30,423 bases of DNA from an uncultured Clostridia bacterium (GTDB lineage Bacteria > Bacillota > Clostridia > Oscillospirales > Acutalibacteraceae): the NCBI GenBank assembly GCA_944381295.1, contig CALWKP010000021.1:1-30423 (forward strand), written 5' to 3'. Below, piece after piece: positions 28,628-30,423 of this stretch. The translations under genes and the position numbers were made by a program. The first letter of the stretch is position 1. Every line of letters begins with the position of its first letter. Below the pieces are notes generated by a model that saw only the letters and a program-made list of their open reading frames with translations, was not told the origin of the DNA and searched no databases.

Positions 28628-28744
28628 CTGTTGCAAAAGAAAAGCGCACAAAAAATCGGAAAAAATAAGAAGAATCGGCCCTCAAAAGAAGCTGTTTGGC
28701 TTCTTCTGTAGGCCGATTTTATCAGGCTATTTTGCAACAGCCCC
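28628..28744. repeat. About 115-bp element bounded by an 11-bp inverted repeat (MITE-like)
   Basis: CTGTTGCAAAA (28628-28638) / TTTTGCAACAG (28730-28740) enclose a nested AATCGGCC...GGCCGATT hairpin. Confidence 0.5.
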
Positions 28745-28844
28745 ATGAGGAATTCTGGCGAGTGGTTCCTCGAAAAAGTTTCTCGATTCATCCAATTTGA
28801 CTGTTCAAAAACCTTTCTCCTCAAACTAAAGCTGCGGAAAAGTA

Positions 28845-28873
28845 TTGACTTTTCTGCAGCTTTTTTATACACT
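28845..28873 (+). promoter_or_regulatory. SigA-type promoter of the pnuC-like gene
   Basis: TTGACT-17 nt-TACACT; the -35 box is embedded in a 16-bp near-perfect palindrome at 28828-28863. Confidence 0.6.
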
Positions 28874-28971
28874 AATGGAGACATGTCTCACGAAAGCCTG
28901 GTTTTACGGGACAACTGTGAAATCACAACAAGTAAAATTTAATCTGCTGCCACCGGGTAGCAAAATGCGGA

Positions 28972-29025
28972 AGCATTCGATACACATCGTTAGGTCTTGG
29001 AAGATGTGTATGCGGATGCTTTTTT
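28972..29025 (+). terminator. Intrinsic terminator within the pnuC 5' leader (attenuator)
   Basis: AGCATTCG-ATACACATC / GATGTGTAT-G-CGGATGCT stem followed by T tract, directly abutting the AGGAGG RBS (29026-29031). Confidence 0.75.
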
Positions 29026-29043
29026 AGGAGGTTTTTTGAAAAT

Positions 29044-29739
29044 ATGCACTGGGTGTTGTCTTACTTTTCCAGAAAGGAGCTTCTTTTATGGAGTTCTTCC
29101 GTGTGCCTGATCGTTGTTTCCTTTTGCTTCTTTGACCGCGAAAGTTATCTGACCCTTGCTGCTTCCCTGATCGGGGTGACTTCCCTGATCTTCAATGCAA
29201 AAGGGAATCCGCTTGGACCTTTTTTGATGATTCTTTTCAGCGTTCTGTATGGCATCATTTCCCTTTCCTTTGCCTATTATGGGGAAATGATTACGTATCT
29301 CGGCATGACTGCTCCCATGGCTGTTTTTGCCTTGATTTCCTGGCTGCGCAACCCCTTTCATGGAAATCATGCGGAAGTTCGGGTCAACTGCCTGAAATCC
29401 AGGGAATTTTTTGTGATGGCTATTCTTGCCATTGTGGTCACTTTTGCTTTTTATTTTATTCTGGAAGCTTTCCATACAGCGAACCTCGCTTGGAGCACTC
29501 TTTCCGTAACGACCAGTTTTTTGGCCGCCTATCTGACCTTCCGGCGCAGCGCTTATCACGCTCTTGCTTATGCTGCCAACGATGTCATCCTGATCCTCTT
29601 ATGGACTCTTGCGACCTTCTCTGATTTTTCCTATTTGTCTGTGGTGATTTGTTTTATTGTGTTTTTGGCAAACGACTTTTACGCCTTTCTAAACTGGAAA
29701 AAAATCCACAAACGGCAGCAGCAGACAACCGCTTTGTGA
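29044..29739 (+). CDS. pnuC: PnuC-family (nicotinamide riboside / vitamin-nucleoside) transporter
   Basis: ASLIGVTSLIFNAKGN, YGIISLSFAYYGEM, YAANDVILILLW and FLANDFYAFLNW; about 7 TMs. Substrate not determinable from sequence. Confidence 0.85.
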   Translation: MHWVLSYFSRKELLLWSSSVCLIVVSFCFFDRESYLTLAASLIGVTSLIFNAKGNPLGPFLMILFSVLYGIISLSFAYYGEMITYLGMTAPMAVFALISWLRNPFHGNHAEVRVNCLKSREFFVMAILAIVVTFAFYFILEAFHTANLAWSTLSVTTSFLAAYLTFRRSAYHALAYAANDVILILLWTLATFSDFSYLSVVICFIVFLANDFYAFLNWKKIHKRQQQTTAL

Positions 29740-29907
29740 TAGATCAGTTTTCCAACCGTTCCTCCATTTTTCACTCTTTACAAAGCGTCTTTTGAATCCA
29801 GCAAACACCATCTTTCGTCTTATATTCATAGAAAATGGTCTTTTCGAAAAAGTACATAGGGACCGAAAAACGGTCCAAAACACAGGATGGAAGCGAGGTG
29901 AATCAAG

Positions 29908-30273
29908 ATGGGTTGTTTGGGAAATACCCTCTGGTTTTTGTTCTGCGGTCTTTGGCAGGGGCTTGCCTGGGTCCTCGCCGGTGTCTTGTGGTGCATCACG
30001 ATTATCGGCATCCCTATCGGCCTGCAATGCTTCAAGCTTGCGGAACTAGTCTTTTTTCCGTTCGGCAAAGAGATCCAGTATGGCGGTGGTGCTTTCTCTG
30101 TTATCGCAAATGTCTTTTGGATTATTTTCAGCGGCATCCCTCTGGCGTTGGGAGCTGTAATCAATGGTGCACTGTTGTGCTGTACGATCATTGGCATTCC
30201 ATTCGGAATGCAATGTTTCAAAATCGCAAAATTGGCTTTGACGCCTTTTGGTGCTGTTGTCGTTCATTCTTGA
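29908..30273 (+). CDS. YccF domain inner-membrane protein
   Basis: Duplicated GNTLW...CITIIGIPIGLQCFKLA...PFG repeat; GAGGTG RBS. Confidence 0.92.
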   Translation: MGCLGNTLWFLFCGLWQGLAWVLAGVLWCITIIGIPIGLQCFKLAELVFFPFGKEIQYGGGAFSVIANVFWIIFSGIPLALGAVINGALLCCTIIGIPFGMQCFKIAKLALTPFGAVVVHS

Positions 30274-30282
30274 AAACTGCAT

Positions 30283-30322
30283 AAAAACAGGTCCCCAGAA
30301 ATTTTTCCGGGGACCTGTTTTT
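30283..30322 (+). terminator. Bidirectional terminator after the YccF gene
   Basis: AAAAACAGGTCCCC / GGGGACCTGTTTTT 14-bp stem with A and T tracts. Confidence 0.85.
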
Positions 30323-30348
30323 AATTATTTGTGCGCCGAAGAGGCAAG

Positions 30349-30423
30349 ATAAAACCCCCAGTTTAACTGGGGGTAGAGAAAAAACTTCAAGAGGAAGAAA
30401 ACCCTCCTGTGCTAAACTGGAAG
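30349..30423 (+). mobile_element. Probable left end of an IS200/IS605-family element; transposase beyond the window
   Basis: Perfect hairpin ACCCCCAGT-TTA-ACTGGGGGT (30354-30374) and an extended -10 TGcTAAACT. Resembles, from recall only, leaders of tnpA in gut Firmicutes. No transposase sequence is inside the window. Confidence 0.45.

Noticed and set aside
27396-28685. 429-aa minus-strand ORF
   Set aside because: Antisense shadow of the SufB-like gene extended into the repeat spacer; no motifs and no RBS.
28434-28748. 104-aa Lys-rich plus-strand ORF
   Set aside because: Composition follows A tracts and hairpins; TTG start without RBS; no recognisable domain.
115-30282. Numerous overlapping 60-220 aa ORFs in the track
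   Set aside because: Antisense or alternative-frame shadows of well-supported genes, without RBS or motifs.

Overview
Chromosomal segment from a spore-forming Clostridia-type Firmicute, probably Oscillospiraceae/Ruminococcaceae-like (inferred from gene content). Most genes lie on the minus strand. Left to right: spoIIAA-spoIIAB-sigF (sigF runs off the left edge); valS-folC; a LURP-one-like gene; a Na/Pi cotransporter with a +1 frameshift near its 3' end; a DUF3810 protein; a hairpin-rich spacer with an unannotated 54-aa membrane ORF; a PgdA-like deacetylase; a MoxR-DUF58-transglutaminase operon; a livJ(K)HMGF branched-chain amino acid ABC operon; trmB; a cupin plus orphan PTS-IIC-like gene; pit plus DUF47; a 58-aa ORF; an AraC regulator; a two-gene SufC/SufB (SMS-type) Fe-S module; a repeat- and hairpin-rich spacer; a pnuC-like transporter behind an apparent attenuator leader; yccF; and a probable IS200/IS605 left end at the right edge. 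No CRISPR array, prophage, rRNA or tRNA was found, and no clearly new multi-gene system. The best leads are the pnuC leader, the 28.3-28.75 kb repeat region, the SMS module, the 9.16 kb cruciform, two small proteins and the Na/Pi frameshift.
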